From: a bacterium
GTDB taxonomy: Bacteria; Elusimicrobiota; Elusimicrobia; UBA1565; UBA9628
Reading direction: 5' to 3'
DNA length: 62,436 nucleotides
Assembly: GCA_021846045.1 (NCBI GenBank)
Contig: JAJZCM010000005.1
Span: forward strand, 1 to 62,436
The position numbers were made by a program, and so were the translations under genes. The notes beneath the pieces are model-generated. The model was not told the DNA's origin. It made no database searches and saw nothing but the letters and a program-made list of their open reading frames with translations. Positions 19,717-28,772 of the stretch are shown here, one piece after another (position 1 is the first letter of the stretch; each line of letters opens with the position of its first letter).

Positions 19717-19761
19717 TTAGCTCTTACGGCACCGGAGTGAAAAAGTTCCCAACCCCGCCGG

Positions 19762-20235
19762 TTACAAGTAGCGGTTGATGACGATTCCAACCCGGCTTTG
19801 CCGCGGGCTGACGGAATTAGGGTAGATGCCGACAAAATCTCCGGGAACCGGAGGTCCTATTTTTCCCTTAGAGCTCAGATGGGCTTCCACCGTTAGTGGA
19901 TATTTCAAATGGGCGTCTGGAAGCAAAAGATCATCGGAAGAGACCTTGTAAAAAACGGGAAAGCGCGGGTTGACCACGCGCTTAACCGCGATCGGCGTTC
20001 CGCCGGCGTCCTTAACAACGATAAACAAGGATTCTTCACGGTGTTGGACTTCATTCATCAGATTTCCCGAAACGGTAATCGAACCTGAAATGGCGAGATT
20101 GCCCCGGAATTTTTGGCATCCAAAAAGACCCAAGCAGAAAAGAGCCGCGGCGATAAAGGCGCTTTTATTGGGCTTTGATTTAAGGCGCGCCACCAAATCC
20201 CTCGGCAAAGTGATGTTAAGCCTTGATGTATTCAT
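19762..20235 (-). CDS. Lipoprotein with CycH/CcmI C-terminal-like domain and RHH-like N-terminus
   Basis: Start MNTSRL at 20235; lipobox-like LFGC; LFIVVK...PIAVKR...FP...VEAHLS.KG...PGD pattern. Confidence 0.6.
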   Translation of the reverse strand: MNTSRLNITLPRDLVARLKSKPNKSAFIAAALFCLGLFGCQKFRGNLAISGSITVSGNLMNEVQHREESLFIVVKDAGGTPIAVKRVVNPRFPVFYKVSSDDLLLPDAHLKYPLTVEAHLSSKGKIGPPVPGDFVGIYPNSVSPRQSRVGIVINRYL

Positions 20236-20297
20236 GCGCTCACCATGAGTGTATGGTAATACATAAAAACAGCAAAGCCAAAAGCCGCGCAAAAAAG

Positions 20298-20930
20298 TGA
20301 GACGCTCCCAGTTCTTCGGACCAGGGGCTGAGGTGGTAAAATGACCTTAAATGGGGAGCAAAAAGATGCGAAAACTGCAGAAACAGTATAGTGCGGACTT
20401 CAAAGCCCGCGTGGTGGTGTCCGCGTTGAGGGAAGACCGGACGCTCAACGAGATGGCAAGCCGCTACGAGGTTCATCCGACGGCGATTACGCGGTGGAAA
20501 AAGCAGGCTCTGGAAGGATTGCCTGGCGTGTTTTCGGCCCCGATGACAGGCCGGAGTCCCGACGATGCGCTTGAGGCGGATCTTTACGAGCGAGGACTAC
20601 CTCGGGCGGCTGGAGAATGCCGGGGTCCGAATCAGCATGGACGGTCGGGGCCGGTTTCTCGACAATATCTTCGTCGGGCGGTTGCATCAATCGCTGGACT
20701 ATCAAACGCCGGCTTGTGCATACTGGCAGGGAAGAAGGTCGTGAGAGTTGAGGCATGGCTGGGGACGCCGTTGAGAAGTTGTCCACATCGTCCACAGTTA
20801 TCCACAGCAACTCACAGAAAGAAAAAGAAGCAAAAAAGAAAGAGGAACGTCCTACGATGACTTTCTTCTTATCTTCGAACGACAGCCTTAAATCAGGTCC
20901 ACAGTAGTCGGACAAATGGGGAGCACCATA
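20298..20930 (+). mobile_element. Internally deleted IS3-family remnant
   Basis: OrfA start MRKLQKQYSADFKARVV...YEVHPTAITRWKKQ (20366); OrfB fragment FTSEDY...ISMDGRGRFLDNIFV.RLHQSLDYQTP; imperfect 26-bp terminal IRs (16/26). Confidence 0.88.
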
Positions 20931-21123
20931 CGCTTTCGGAATCCATGAGCGCGCCTTCGTCGATTGTCTTGTTCGTGAAATCGCCGGAGCCGTTGACGCT
21001 TTGTCCAAAAGTCAATCGGGCCATCGGAGAATGGCTAACTGCTAATACGATGGAGCATTTTCCAATCCTAAAATCTGTTAAACAATGGCCACTAATCACC
21101 GAAACCTTGCTACAATAGACTCA

Positions 21124-22107
21124 ATGCGGCGCTTAAACAAAAGCGTGTTTTTAATCTCCGCCTGTTTGTTTTCGGCTTCGGCTTGGGGACAAACGGGATT
21201 AGCTTCTAAATATTTTGAGTCTGGCTGGGCCAAAGCTCCTCAAGATGCGACCACCCCCGCGGCAAAGCCCCTCCCGGTTATGCTTGAACGTCCCGATGAA
21301 ACCTTCCAGGCGACTTATGCGCGCCCCACCCACATTTTTATCACTCAAGTGGCTTATCAGATGTACGCCTCTCAATTTGGCGGCGGAGAAATGGACCGCT
21401 ATATGCCGCTCATCGTCAAAGCTTCCTCTGAAGAAGATATGCCCTTTCACAATCCTTTCGGACAGATGATTCCGGAACTCCGGCATTTTTGGGACCCAAG
21501 ACGCGGCCTAGAAAAAGGTTTGGCCGGCTACGATAGCGCGGTCGACCGCGCCTACAAATACTTTACCGGCGGCTACGGCATCAATGGCCGCTACGATCGC
21601 CGCTGGTCGATAGCGGGAATTAAAGGACAGGGAATTATTTTTCTTTATCGCTCCGGCGACAAGGCCAAGGCCTATGAATACTTGGGACACGTCGCCCATC
21701 TGGTCGAAGACTTGACGGTTCCCGCTCATACCCTCTTATGGCCGCATCTTCATGTCGTTCCCAGAAGCGATGTTTATGAAACCTACATGGAAGCGCATTT
21801 CAAAGAAAATTTCCAGATGCCAAGTGGAGATGTCGAATCTTTCCCGTCTCTCTATGATCTTTTTAACCAGACCGCCCGAACCACCCAACAATTTGACGCG
21901 GGCTTCGGCCCCGGGCCCCTAGCCGGAAAAGACGGTTCCGTTGATAAAGGCCGCAGGCGAGCGGACGGATTTAGCGACAAAGAATTAAAAGAAGAAGCCC
22001 ATGTTCTTTTTCCCTTGGCAATTAAACGAGTCGCGGCTCTTTTTCTCTATTTTCAACGCCAGGCTGCGAATAATTTCTCCCAGCTATTGATTCCATCCCT
22101 AAAATGA
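21124..22107 (+). CDS. Secreted Zn-dependent phospholipase C / P1-nuclease-fold protein
   Basis: Signal peptide; THIFITQ, HFWDP, YLGHVAHLVEDLTVPAH, YETY parallel the alpha-toxin N-domain Zn ligands. Confidence 0.75.
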   Translation: MRRLNKSVFLISACLFSASAWGQTGLASKYFESGWAKAPQDATTPAAKPLPVMLERPDETFQATYARPTHIFITQVAYQMYASQFGGGEMDRYMPLIVKASSEEDMPFHNPFGQMIPELRHFWDPRRGLEKGLAGYDSAVDRAYKYFTGGYGINGRYDRRWSIAGIKGQGIIFLYRSGDKAKAYEYLGHVAHLVEDLTVPAHTLLWPHLHVVPRSDVYETYMEAHFKENFQMPSGDVESFPSLYDLFNQTARTTQQFDAGFGPGPLAGKDGSVDKGRRRADGFSDKELKEEAHVLFPLAIKRVAALFLYFQRQAANNFSQLLIPSLK

Positions 22108-22652
22108 AGCGAAAATTTCCGGGGTTTCTAATCGCCGGTTTTCTGATCGCGTTTTGCGCCTGTGGAAAAAAGAAATCCGAAAATCCAGGCGCCCCCCAGA
22201 AACTCGCCAAGGACATTTTTGCCGATCTCCCCATTCCTGGAGAGAGAATGGATTTCTCGCAGCTGCCGCGCCAAGAGCCGGGAGATCCCGAAGAGGCCAC
22301 CGTCGTTCAATATCAATATGGCCCCGTCCTCGCCACTGAATATAGAACCTATGGCGGCCCAGTCAATGAAGACGTCGTCGTCCGCAATGAAAAAGACAAG
22401 GAACTTGTTAAGGGCCTTTTTGAAGCCGCGTTTCCCGGCGCGATGGGAATTACCCGAGTCAATCCCGATGGAAAAACGTTGAGATACCACATTAACGTCT
22501 TCGCTCCCGGAATTTACACGGTGGATGAGTACGCGGGAAGCCGTGATGATAAAAAAATAATGCGAGCCGAACTTAAAGATAATTTCGCATTGATCTACCG
22601 CTACATCAACACCGATTCAGACAGCCCTAATAATTTTCCAGACCCGCGGTAA
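22104..22652 (+). CDS. Hypothetical lipoprotein
   Basis: MKRKF + hydrophobic stretch + FCACG lipobox; ATGA overlap with upstream gene. Confidence 0.7.
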   Translation: MKRKFPGFLIAGFLIAFCACGKKKSENPGAPQKLAKDIFADLPIPGERMDFSQLPRQEPGDPEEATVVQYQYGPVLATEYRTYGGPVNEDVVVRNEKDKELVKGLFEAAFPGAMGITRVNPDGKTLRYHINVFAPGIYTVDEYAGSRDDKKIMRAELKDNFALIYRYINTDSDSPNNFPDPR

Positions 22653-22659
22653 GGCTCAT

Positions 22660-22920
22660 TTATAGATGAGAAAAATGCTGAGTTCTTGGCGGGGCTTTGC
22701 GCAGGCCGTCTATAATGAACATGCGCATGAGAACTTGGTAGGGAACGCCGCGCCACTCGGCCATGTCTTTTAGTTTCCGGATAGTTCCCTCTTCCAGAGC
22801 CACGCTCGTCGGAAATTTCCGCTTTTTCTTCAGTCTGCGGGCGGCATCGAGAATTTTGCCTTTTTCAAAACGGGAGGCGGCGCTATACTCCTTTTGTGAT
22901 TTCACGTATGTATGTTTCAT
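22660..22920 (-). CDS. BrnA/CopG-like antitoxin
   Basis: PTSVAL...IRKLKDMA..RGVPYQVLMRMFI RHH pattern; overlaps toxin gene. Confidence 0.8.
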   Translation of the reverse strand: MKHTYVKSQKEYSAASRFEKGKILDAARRLKKKRKFPTSVALEEGTIRKLKDMAEWRGVPYQVLMRMFIIDGLRKAPPRTQHFSHL

Positions 22921-23239
22921 AGAGTTCCTTTTCCTTTTTCTTGGCTGGGCGCGCGCTGATGGGCCTCACTTTGCCTTTCCGTAGGGTAAAAACCACGTGC
23001 AAGAGGCGTCCCGCGGCGGTAGCCCCCACGATGCCCAGCCTTTCTTCGGGAAGTTCTGGGCTTACCTGGACTCCCAATGGCGCCGCTTGACCCAATAAAA
23101 AGACCTCTTCCACCTCCGTTGTTGTCACCGCGTGTTTGGCTGAATTCTTCGTTTTGTTGCCCGCGTCCCAATCAAATTCAAAATGCGAGGTTTCCGAAAG
23201 CCAAAGAAACAACCACTCGACGAACTTGAACTTCGCCAT
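22883..23239 (-). CDS. brnT: BrnT-family toxin
   Basis: FDWDAGNKTKN..KH, EVEEVF, EER...G.T..GRLLHVVFTLR..KVRPISAR...KE..LY. Confidence 0.9.
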   Translation of the reverse strand: MAKFKFVEWLFLWLSETSHFEFDWDAGNKTKNSAKHAVTTTEVEEVFLLGQAAPLGVQVSPELPEERLGIVGATAAGRLLHVVFTLRKGKVRPISARPAKKKEKELYETYIREITKGV

Positions 23240-23247
23240 CTATTGTA

Positions 23248-23277
23248 TAGTGTAGCGCACTGCACTAGTTTCCGCAA
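23248..23277 (-). promoter_or_regulatory. brnTA promoter with overlapping palindromic operator
   Basis: Minus TTGCGG-N17-TACACT; TAGTGTAG-cgca-CTGCACTA inverted repeat 23248-23267. Confidence 0.6.
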
Positions 23278-23348
23278 GGGATAAATTCTTGCGCAATTTT
23301 CCAGACTCGCGGTAAAGTCTCAACGTTTTAATTTGCTACTTTTTAGTT

Positions 23349-24149
23349 ATGGAAAACGCGTCGCCGCCAAATGCTGCGGCCCTCATTTCCGTTCAAAAGC
23401 GCGAGAAGGTTCGCGTCCTGATTTTTAATCATCCCCCATCCAACAATCTCTCGCTTTCTTTTTTCGATGCGCTCGAAGGAGAACTTGAGGCCGCGACCCT
23501 AGACTCAAACACCCGCGCCGTTCTCTTAACCTCCGCCATTCCCAAATATTTTTCAGCGGGGCTGGAACTGTCGGAACTCTTTTCCGCGGAAGCAAAAAAT
23601 CGCTCACAGCTTTTTTTGAGGCTGGTTTCTCTCCACAAGAAACTCGCCCATTTCCCCAAGCCGACGGTCGCGGCCATCGAAGGTTCGGCGTTTTTAGGAG
23701 GTTTTGTTTTGGCTCTTGGATGCGACTTTCGCCTAATCGCGGAGGAAACGGGCCGGGTTTCGCTCAGCGAAATTCGCCTCGGCCTCTCGCCAACCATTCC
23801 CCTAATCTCCATCGTATCCGCTATGAGCGGACGCCCGGGCCTCATCAAGGATTTAATCCTCAAAGGAAAAACCTTGCGCTCCGGAGAAGCTCTTGAGGCA
23901 GGCCTAGTCGACCACATTCTCCCCAACTCGAATTTTTTTGAAACGGCTCTTAAAGAAGCCGACAAACTCGCCAAACTCCCGCCACGAGCTTTTTCAGCGA
24001 TAAAAAATTCTCTCCGCGCCGCCGTTTTGGGGGAGGAAGAAAATCTTTGGCAAAAAGGCCTTGAAGAATTCAACGCCCTCTTTGCCGGCGAAGAAGCTCA
24101 AGAAGGCGTCCGCGCGATGTTTGAAAAGAGAAAGCCTAAATGGGAATGA
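23349..24149 (+). CDS. Crotonase-family protein, probably enoyl-CoA isomerase
   Basis: FSAGLEL, KPTVAAIEG.AFLGG, CDFR, SEIRLG. Confidence 0.88.
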   Translation: MENASPPNAAALISVQKREKVRVLIFNHPPSNNLSLSFFDALEGELEAATLDSNTRAVLLTSAIPKYFSAGLELSELFSAEAKNRSQLFLRLVSLHKKLAHFPKPTVAAIEGSAFLGGFVLALGCDFRLIAEETGRVSLSEIRLGLSPTIPLISIVSAMSGRPGLIKDLILKGKTLRSGEALEAGLVDHILPNSNFFETALKEADKLAKLPPRAFSAIKNSLRAAVLGEEENLWQKGLEEFNALFAGEEAQEGVRAMFEKRKPKWE

Positions 24150-24952
24150 ACGCTCTCTTTTCTCCGGAACTCCTGCTTGGGAAAGTCGCGGTTATTACCG
24201 GCGGCGGAACGGGAATTGGCAAAGTCATCGCCGAGGACTTTGCCCAGCACGGAGCCAAAGTCGCTCTTTTATCGCGAAACCTCGATCGACTTAAAGAAGT
24301 CGCCGTGGAAATTCAGAAATCGGGAAGAGAAGCTGGGGCTTTTGCCTGCGACGTTTCCGAACCCGAAGCGGTGCGCGCCGCCGCTAAAGCGGTCTTGGAA
24401 AGATTCGGGCGCGTTGATATCTTAATCAACAACGCCGCCGCCAATTTCATTCGCCCATCGGAAAAGCTGACCTCGGTGCGATGGAAAAAAGTCATCGACA
24501 TTGTCTTAAACGGCGCCTTTTACTCAAGCCTTGAATTTGGGAAAACGATGCTCGCTCAAAAAAACGGGCGCATTATTAATCTGGTCGCCGCTTACGCTTG
24601 GACAGGAGCCCCGGGGCTCGCTCCATCCGCTTCGGCCAAGGCCGGAGTTGTCGCTTTAACTAAAACCTTGGGAGCGGAGTGGGCAAGCCGCGGAGTTCTT
24701 GTCAATGCCGTCGCCCCCGGCCCCATCGACACGCCTCAAACCCGCGAACGACTGTGGCCGACTTCTGAAATGGAAAAACAAATCCTCTCAAGCATCCCTC
24801 TTGGGAGATTTGGGAAGGAAGAAGACGTTTCGGCCATTACTCTTTTTCTGGCCTCCGAACTTGGACGGAACATCTCCGGCGAAGTGATCACGACCGATGG
24901 AGCTCAAAGCCTCGGACGTGGAGCGATGGATTTATTTAAAGCCGCGAGGTAA
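24146..24952 (+). CDS. SDR, 2,4-dienoyl-CoA reductase-like
   Basis: TGGGTGIG, NNAAANF, YAWTGAPG..PSASAKAG, APGPI; ATGA overlap supports start 24146. Confidence 0.85.
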   Translation: MNALFSPELLLGKVAVITGGGTGIGKVIAEDFAQHGAKVALLSRNLDRLKEVAVEIQKSGREAGAFACDVSEPEAVRAAAKAVLERFGRVDILINNAAANFIRPSEKLTSVRWKKVIDIVLNGAFYSSLEFGKTMLAQKNGRIINLVAAYAWTGAPGLAPSASAKAGVVALTKTLGAEWASRGVLVNAVAPGPIDTPQTRERLWPTSEMEKQILSSIPLGRFGKEEDVSAITLFLASELGRNISGEVITTDGAQSLGRGAMDLFKAAR

Positions 24953-24962
24953 CGCTCCGGTT

Positions 24963-25081
24963 CGTCATTCCGGCACAAGCCGGAATCCGACCGAGCGTAG
25001 GCGCGGAAGTGCCGCTTCCAAGTTTGTTGAAGAGCGGCCAGAAGATCTCTACCATGGACCCCGACTTTCGTCGGGGTGACG
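24963..25081. repeat. CGTC-type REP doublet
   Basis: CGTCATTCCGGC-acaa-GCCGGAATCC ... GGACCCCGAC-tttc-GTCGGGGTGACG between convergent genes. Confidence 0.85.
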
Positions 25082-25093
25082 CGGGTATTTGGG

Positions 25094-26836
25094 TCAATAT
25101 TTATATCGAATCAGGACCGGCGTTGGATGCTCGGCGTTCGGCCCGGCCAAAACGAGAACTTGGCGCCTCCCAGATGCAACAATCCCTAAAATCGTTTGAT
25201 GCGCAGGATAATGAGCCTGCAAAATCAGATGCCCCCCTTGACGTTTGAAAACTAAAAGCTCGCGTCCCTTTGAATCGAAAGCCCAAAGACGATCTTCTAT
25301 CCAGGCCATCGCCGTAACGGCCAGGCCGGAACCTAATGAAAAACCCCGGGTCTGGGTTGGATCTGAACCGTGCCGATAAAGGAGCCCATTGGCCGCGTCA
25401 TAGGACCAGAGGGATTTACCGTTGAAAGCCAAGGCCGTGGGCGCCGGACCCGGAGTCGGATAACTCGCGGAGACAACGCCGGGGTCTGAAGGCGAATGCT
25501 CAATGAGCCGGGCTTGCGCCGCGTCCAAAGACCATAAATTTCCTTTCGCGAAAGTCAGGGAAGAAGGATGATAAGGTTTCGTCGCCAGAACCTGGGCCGT
25601 GCGCGTAATCACATCCGCTTTTTGAGGAGAGAAGGATTTTAAATTCCCGTCCCAATCGGAAGCCCACAACAAGGTTCCGTCGAAAGCCAGTCCCGTGGGA
25701 TTAGAAAGAGAAACCGGCTGAACCGCAAGGGCGCGGAAATGAAAGCGGTTGAAATAGTTCCAAGCCCGATACCCAAGGGCGCCAAGAAGACCCACCATAA
25801 ATAGGGAAAACCAAAACCCCTTGCGCTTAAGCGTCTTCAGAGTCGGATTAGGGCGCTCGATTTTCTCCGAAACCCGCCTCATAAAAGAAGAAAGCTTCGC
25901 CGTCGCCTCGGCCGACTCTCTGACGCTTTGATTCATCGCATCGGTAAAACGCAAATGTTCCGCTTCTTTTTTTTCAAGGTCTGCGTGCCAATTTTCCCGC
26001 TCCTTTCTTAAATTTTCCTCCCAAGAAGACAGTTCCGCCCGCTGGTTTTGCCAGGCCGAACGCTCACGGTCCCACAACTCCCGCCATTCGGCTCTTTCTT
26101 GCTCCCAAATCTTCGAAAGCTCTTCCAAATGCTTTTCCAAATCCGAAACTTTTTTAAGAGCATTTCCTTTTTCTCTTTCGGACTCATTGAGGCGATGGCG
26201 TTCTTCCAAAAGCTCGGCCAAGGTCTTTTCAAGAGCGGTTTTTGCCTCTTTAAGGCCCCGAGATGATTTTTCGAGCTCGCCGGAAACCGTTTTTGACTCC
26301 TGCTGCGCCCGCCCGCTCAAGGCCTGTAATTCGCGCAAGCTTTGAAGATACTCCTCTTCTTTTTTTTGCCACATCTCCTCTTGCCGTTCGAGTATCTTCT
26401 GTTGATCAGACAAGCGCTCCCGGGTTTGAGCCAAGAGAGATTTGAGCTTTTCTTTCTCAATGGCGTGATTTTTTCTCTCTTCCTCCAAACTCTTTAAAGC
26501 CGCTTCGATTCTCCCCTCGGCTTCAAGACCGCCATTTAAAATAGAGGCCTCTTGCCCGGCCAATTCACCTTTAAGGTTTTGAATTTCGCCTTTTAGAATC
26601 GCTTCGCGCTGTCTTGACTCTTCTAGGGCCTTATATCTCGAACTCAGGATCTCGGAAAGCTCCTCTGCCTCGCGACGGCTTTTACGGCGAACCAAGGACA
26701 AGGCGTCCCAAGCGACTTGAGAAGGAAATGCTCGCGGCTCAAAGGACAAGGGAATTAAAAAATCGGAAGAAGAAGATTCGGCTTTCCGCCACAAATCCTC
26801 GGTATTTTCCTCAAATCCGAAAGGCTCATCCGCCAT
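25094..26836 (-). CDS. Coiled-coil + TM + beta-propeller-like hypothetical protein
   Basis: E/K-rich heptads, TM FWFSLFMVGLLGALG, repeats PTGLAFDG.LW / PTALAFNG.SLW; start MADEPF. Confidence 0.75.
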   Translation of the reverse strand: MADEPFGFEENTEDLWRKAESSSSDFLIPLSFEPRAFPSQVAWDALSLVRRKSRREAEELSEILSSRYKALEESRQREAILKGEIQNLKGELAGQEASILNGGLEAEGRIEAALKSLEEERKNHAIEKEKLKSLLAQTRERLSDQQKILERQEEMWQKKEEEYLQSLRELQALSGRAQQESKTVSGELEKSSRGLKEAKTALEKTLAELLEERHRLNESEREKGNALKKVSDLEKHLEELSKIWEQERAEWRELWDRERSAWQNQRAELSSWEENLRKERENWHADLEKKEAEHLRFTDAMNQSVRESAEATAKLSSFMRRVSEKIERPNPTLKTLKRKGFWFSLFMVGLLGALGYRAWNYFNRFHFRALAVQPVSLSNPTGLAFDGTLLWASDWDGNLKSFSPQKADVITRTAQVLATKPYHPSSLTFAKGNLWSLDAAQARLIEHSPSDPGVVSASYPTPGPAPTALAFNGKSLWSYDAANGLLYRHGSDPTQTRGFSLGSGLAVTAMAWIEDRLWAFDSKGRELLVFKRQGGHLILQAHYPAHQTILGIVASGRRQVLVLAGPNAEHPTPVLIRYKY

Positions 26837-26887
26837 GCCCTTATTGTAAAGCCTGGGCGCCAAAAAATCAATATCGGAATTGTTACG

Positions 26888-27865
26888 TTAAGTAAACAGC
26901 TCAAGGTGAGCGGTGAGACCCGATTTGCGGGAAAGATTGACGGCTTTTTGAAACAAAGCCTCCGCTCGGGATGTTTCTCCTCCGGCGTGCAAAACCTGGG
27001 CCAAGGACGTTTGAGCAAGGACCAGCCCGCGGTTTTCTCTGGCGCGTCCAAATAAAACCAAAGCCCGGTCTAAAAAGCCGCGAGCCGCTTTTAGATCCCC
27101 TTTCTGCATATTGACGCGCGCCAGCCCCCACTCCACATAACCCAAATCGGCGGCATCTCCCAATTTCCGGTAAAGAAAACGGGATTTCAAATACAGTTCT
27201 CCCGCCTCAAGGTAAAGCCCCTTTTGCCTCAATGCGTTTCCAAGGCCGCAATAGGCATAGGCTTTTGCGAACAAATCCTCGCTTTGAGACAGTAAATTTT
27301 TGGCCTTCCGGTAATACTCCTCGGAATCCGAAAGCCTTCCTTGAATGCGGCAAACTCCGCCCAAGCCCAAGAAAGCGTAAATTTGCCCGTCTTTATCTTT
27401 CGCCTTTTTTGCGAACGCTAAAGACCTGTGATAGGCTTTTTCCGATTCCACCAGCCGCCCGGAAAACCTCAAGGCTCCTCCAATGGCCCACTCGATAAAC
27501 CCACAGGCCTGAAAATCTCTCTCTCGCGTCTTCCGCTTTAAAAAAGAACCAAGGCGCGCAATGCTTTCCTCATATTTCCCATCCGCGCGGTCGATCAGGA
27601 TTTCTTCCAAATCGACGAATTCTTTTTCGCCATATCGGCCGGCACGCTTCATTTCAAGGCGCGCGCTTTGGATGTATTTGCGGGCTTGAGGAATATCCCC
27701 CAAACTCCGGGCAATGGAGGCCAAGGACAAAAAGGCGTCAAAGCGCAAAGAGGAGTCTCGGCTTAATTTAATGGCCCTTAAATAGGCGGGCAAGGCCTTT
27801 GAAAAAAACCCTCGGGCGCGGAACTTCTCCGCCTGATCGAAAACTTTCCTGGAATAATCGGACAC
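26888..27865 (-). CDS. Tetratricopeptide-repeat protein
   Basis: Repeated A..GLG...R..G....A...Y..; GTG 27865 chosen to avoid overlap with divergent gene. Confidence 0.8.
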   Translation of the reverse strand: MSDYSRKVFDQAEKFRARGFFSKALPAYLRAIKLSRDSSLRFDAFLSLASIARSLGDIPQARKYIQSARLEMKRAGRYGEKEFVDLEEILIDRADGKYEESIARLGSFLKRKTRERDFQACGFIEWAIGGALRFSGRLVESEKAYHRSLAFAKKAKDKDGQIYAFLGLGGVCRIQGRLSDSEEYYRKAKNLLSQSEDLFAKAYAYCGLGNALRQKGLYLEAGELYLKSRFLYRKLGDAADLGYVEWGLARVNMQKGDLKAARGFLDRALVLFGRARENRGLVLAQTSLAQVLHAGGETSRAEALFQKAVNLSRKSGLTAHLELFT

Positions 27866-27914
27866 CCTTAAATTATATCTTTCCAGAAGCCTCAGAAATT
27901 GTTGTGATATAGGA

Positions 27915-28772
27915 ATGGAGAGAAAATCCGCCTTATTTTCGGCTCTTCTCCTTTTTCCCTTCTTCGGCTTTGAGCCCCTCAATACTCCACCGCAATGGCA
28001 TGAGGATCTGACCTTCCATTACAAAATTTTACACCAAGACACCTGGCTGCCGATGGGCTTTACCCTGAAACTGGAAAATATTCACAGCCGGATGAGAATG
28101 GATCTCGCTTGGTGCTGGCCGCCGGTCTCTTCCGGGAGCAGAATCCCGCTTTATCTCTACCGAAATCAAACCCTTTACACCAACGGACGCTTTCATCCGC
28201 CGGCTTGGAGCGTGGGCCTAGCGGAACCCGAGATGCGGACCATTCTCTCTTTTACCCAAAAACCGATGGCTAATCTCTATCAAATCATCGCCCATGAGAC
28301 GACTCACGTAATTTTCGTCTCCTATTGGCTAAGGAAAAACCAAAGTTATCCGCCCTATTGGCTCAATGAAGGACTTGCGATGGTCGAACAGACCTCCGAA
28401 GAACACTCAAAGAATTGTTATTGGTATCAACAAATCGCCTACCTGCCCGGACAAAATCTCTTCCCGCTTAAAACCCTGATGCGGCTTGAGCCCATGAAAA
28501 TGAACAATGTTCAATCCATCCAATTGTGGTATATGGAATCCTATTCCCTGATTTACTTCTTACTGAGGAAACATCCGAATTTTTACTTTAAGACTTTCGT
28601 CTCCTATCTCAGGGACGGGCGATCTTTCAAAACGGCTCTTTGGGCGGGATACCGCTACACGCCCCAACAGCTTGAGCGCGAATGGTATAAATTTCTAAAC
28701 GTCAGAAGCCGCCACAAGACCTTCGGCCCGCCATCAAAACTCGGATTTTTTCACGATTTAGGCCCTTCTTAA
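27915..28772 (+). CDS. Peptidase MA-like (gluzincin) exported protein
   Basis: IAHETTH plus PYWLNEGLA; hydrophobic N-terminus. Confidence 0.75.
   Translation: MERKSALFSALLLFPFFGFEPLNTPPQWHEDLTFHYKILHQDTWLPMGFTLKLENIHSRMRMDLAWCWPPVSSGSRIPLYLYRNQTLYTNGRFHPPAWSVGLAEPEMRTILSFTQKPMANLYQIIAHETTHVIFVSYWLRKNQSYPPYWLNEGLAMVEQTSEEHSKNCYWYQQIAYLPGQNLFPLKTLMRLEPMKMNNVQSIQLWYMESYSLIYFLLRKHPNFYFKTFVSYLRDGRSFKTALWAGYRYTPQQLEREWYKFLNVRSRHKTFGPPSKLGFFHDLGPS

Noticed and set aside
20779-20806. Replication origin
   Set aside because: Boxes lie inside an IS remnant with no dnaA/dnaN context
20351-20860. Intact 169-aa transposase
   Set aside because: Only the first part is OrfA; the rest is out-of-frame read-through after a deletion
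23429-24073. Long antisense ORFs (also 484-1017, 55401-56063, 60503-60988)
   Set aside because: Shadows of well-supported genes with no motifs
27866-27982. Head-to-head overlap of TPR and peptidase genes
   Set aside because: GTG 27865 with an upstream TATAAT removes the overlap
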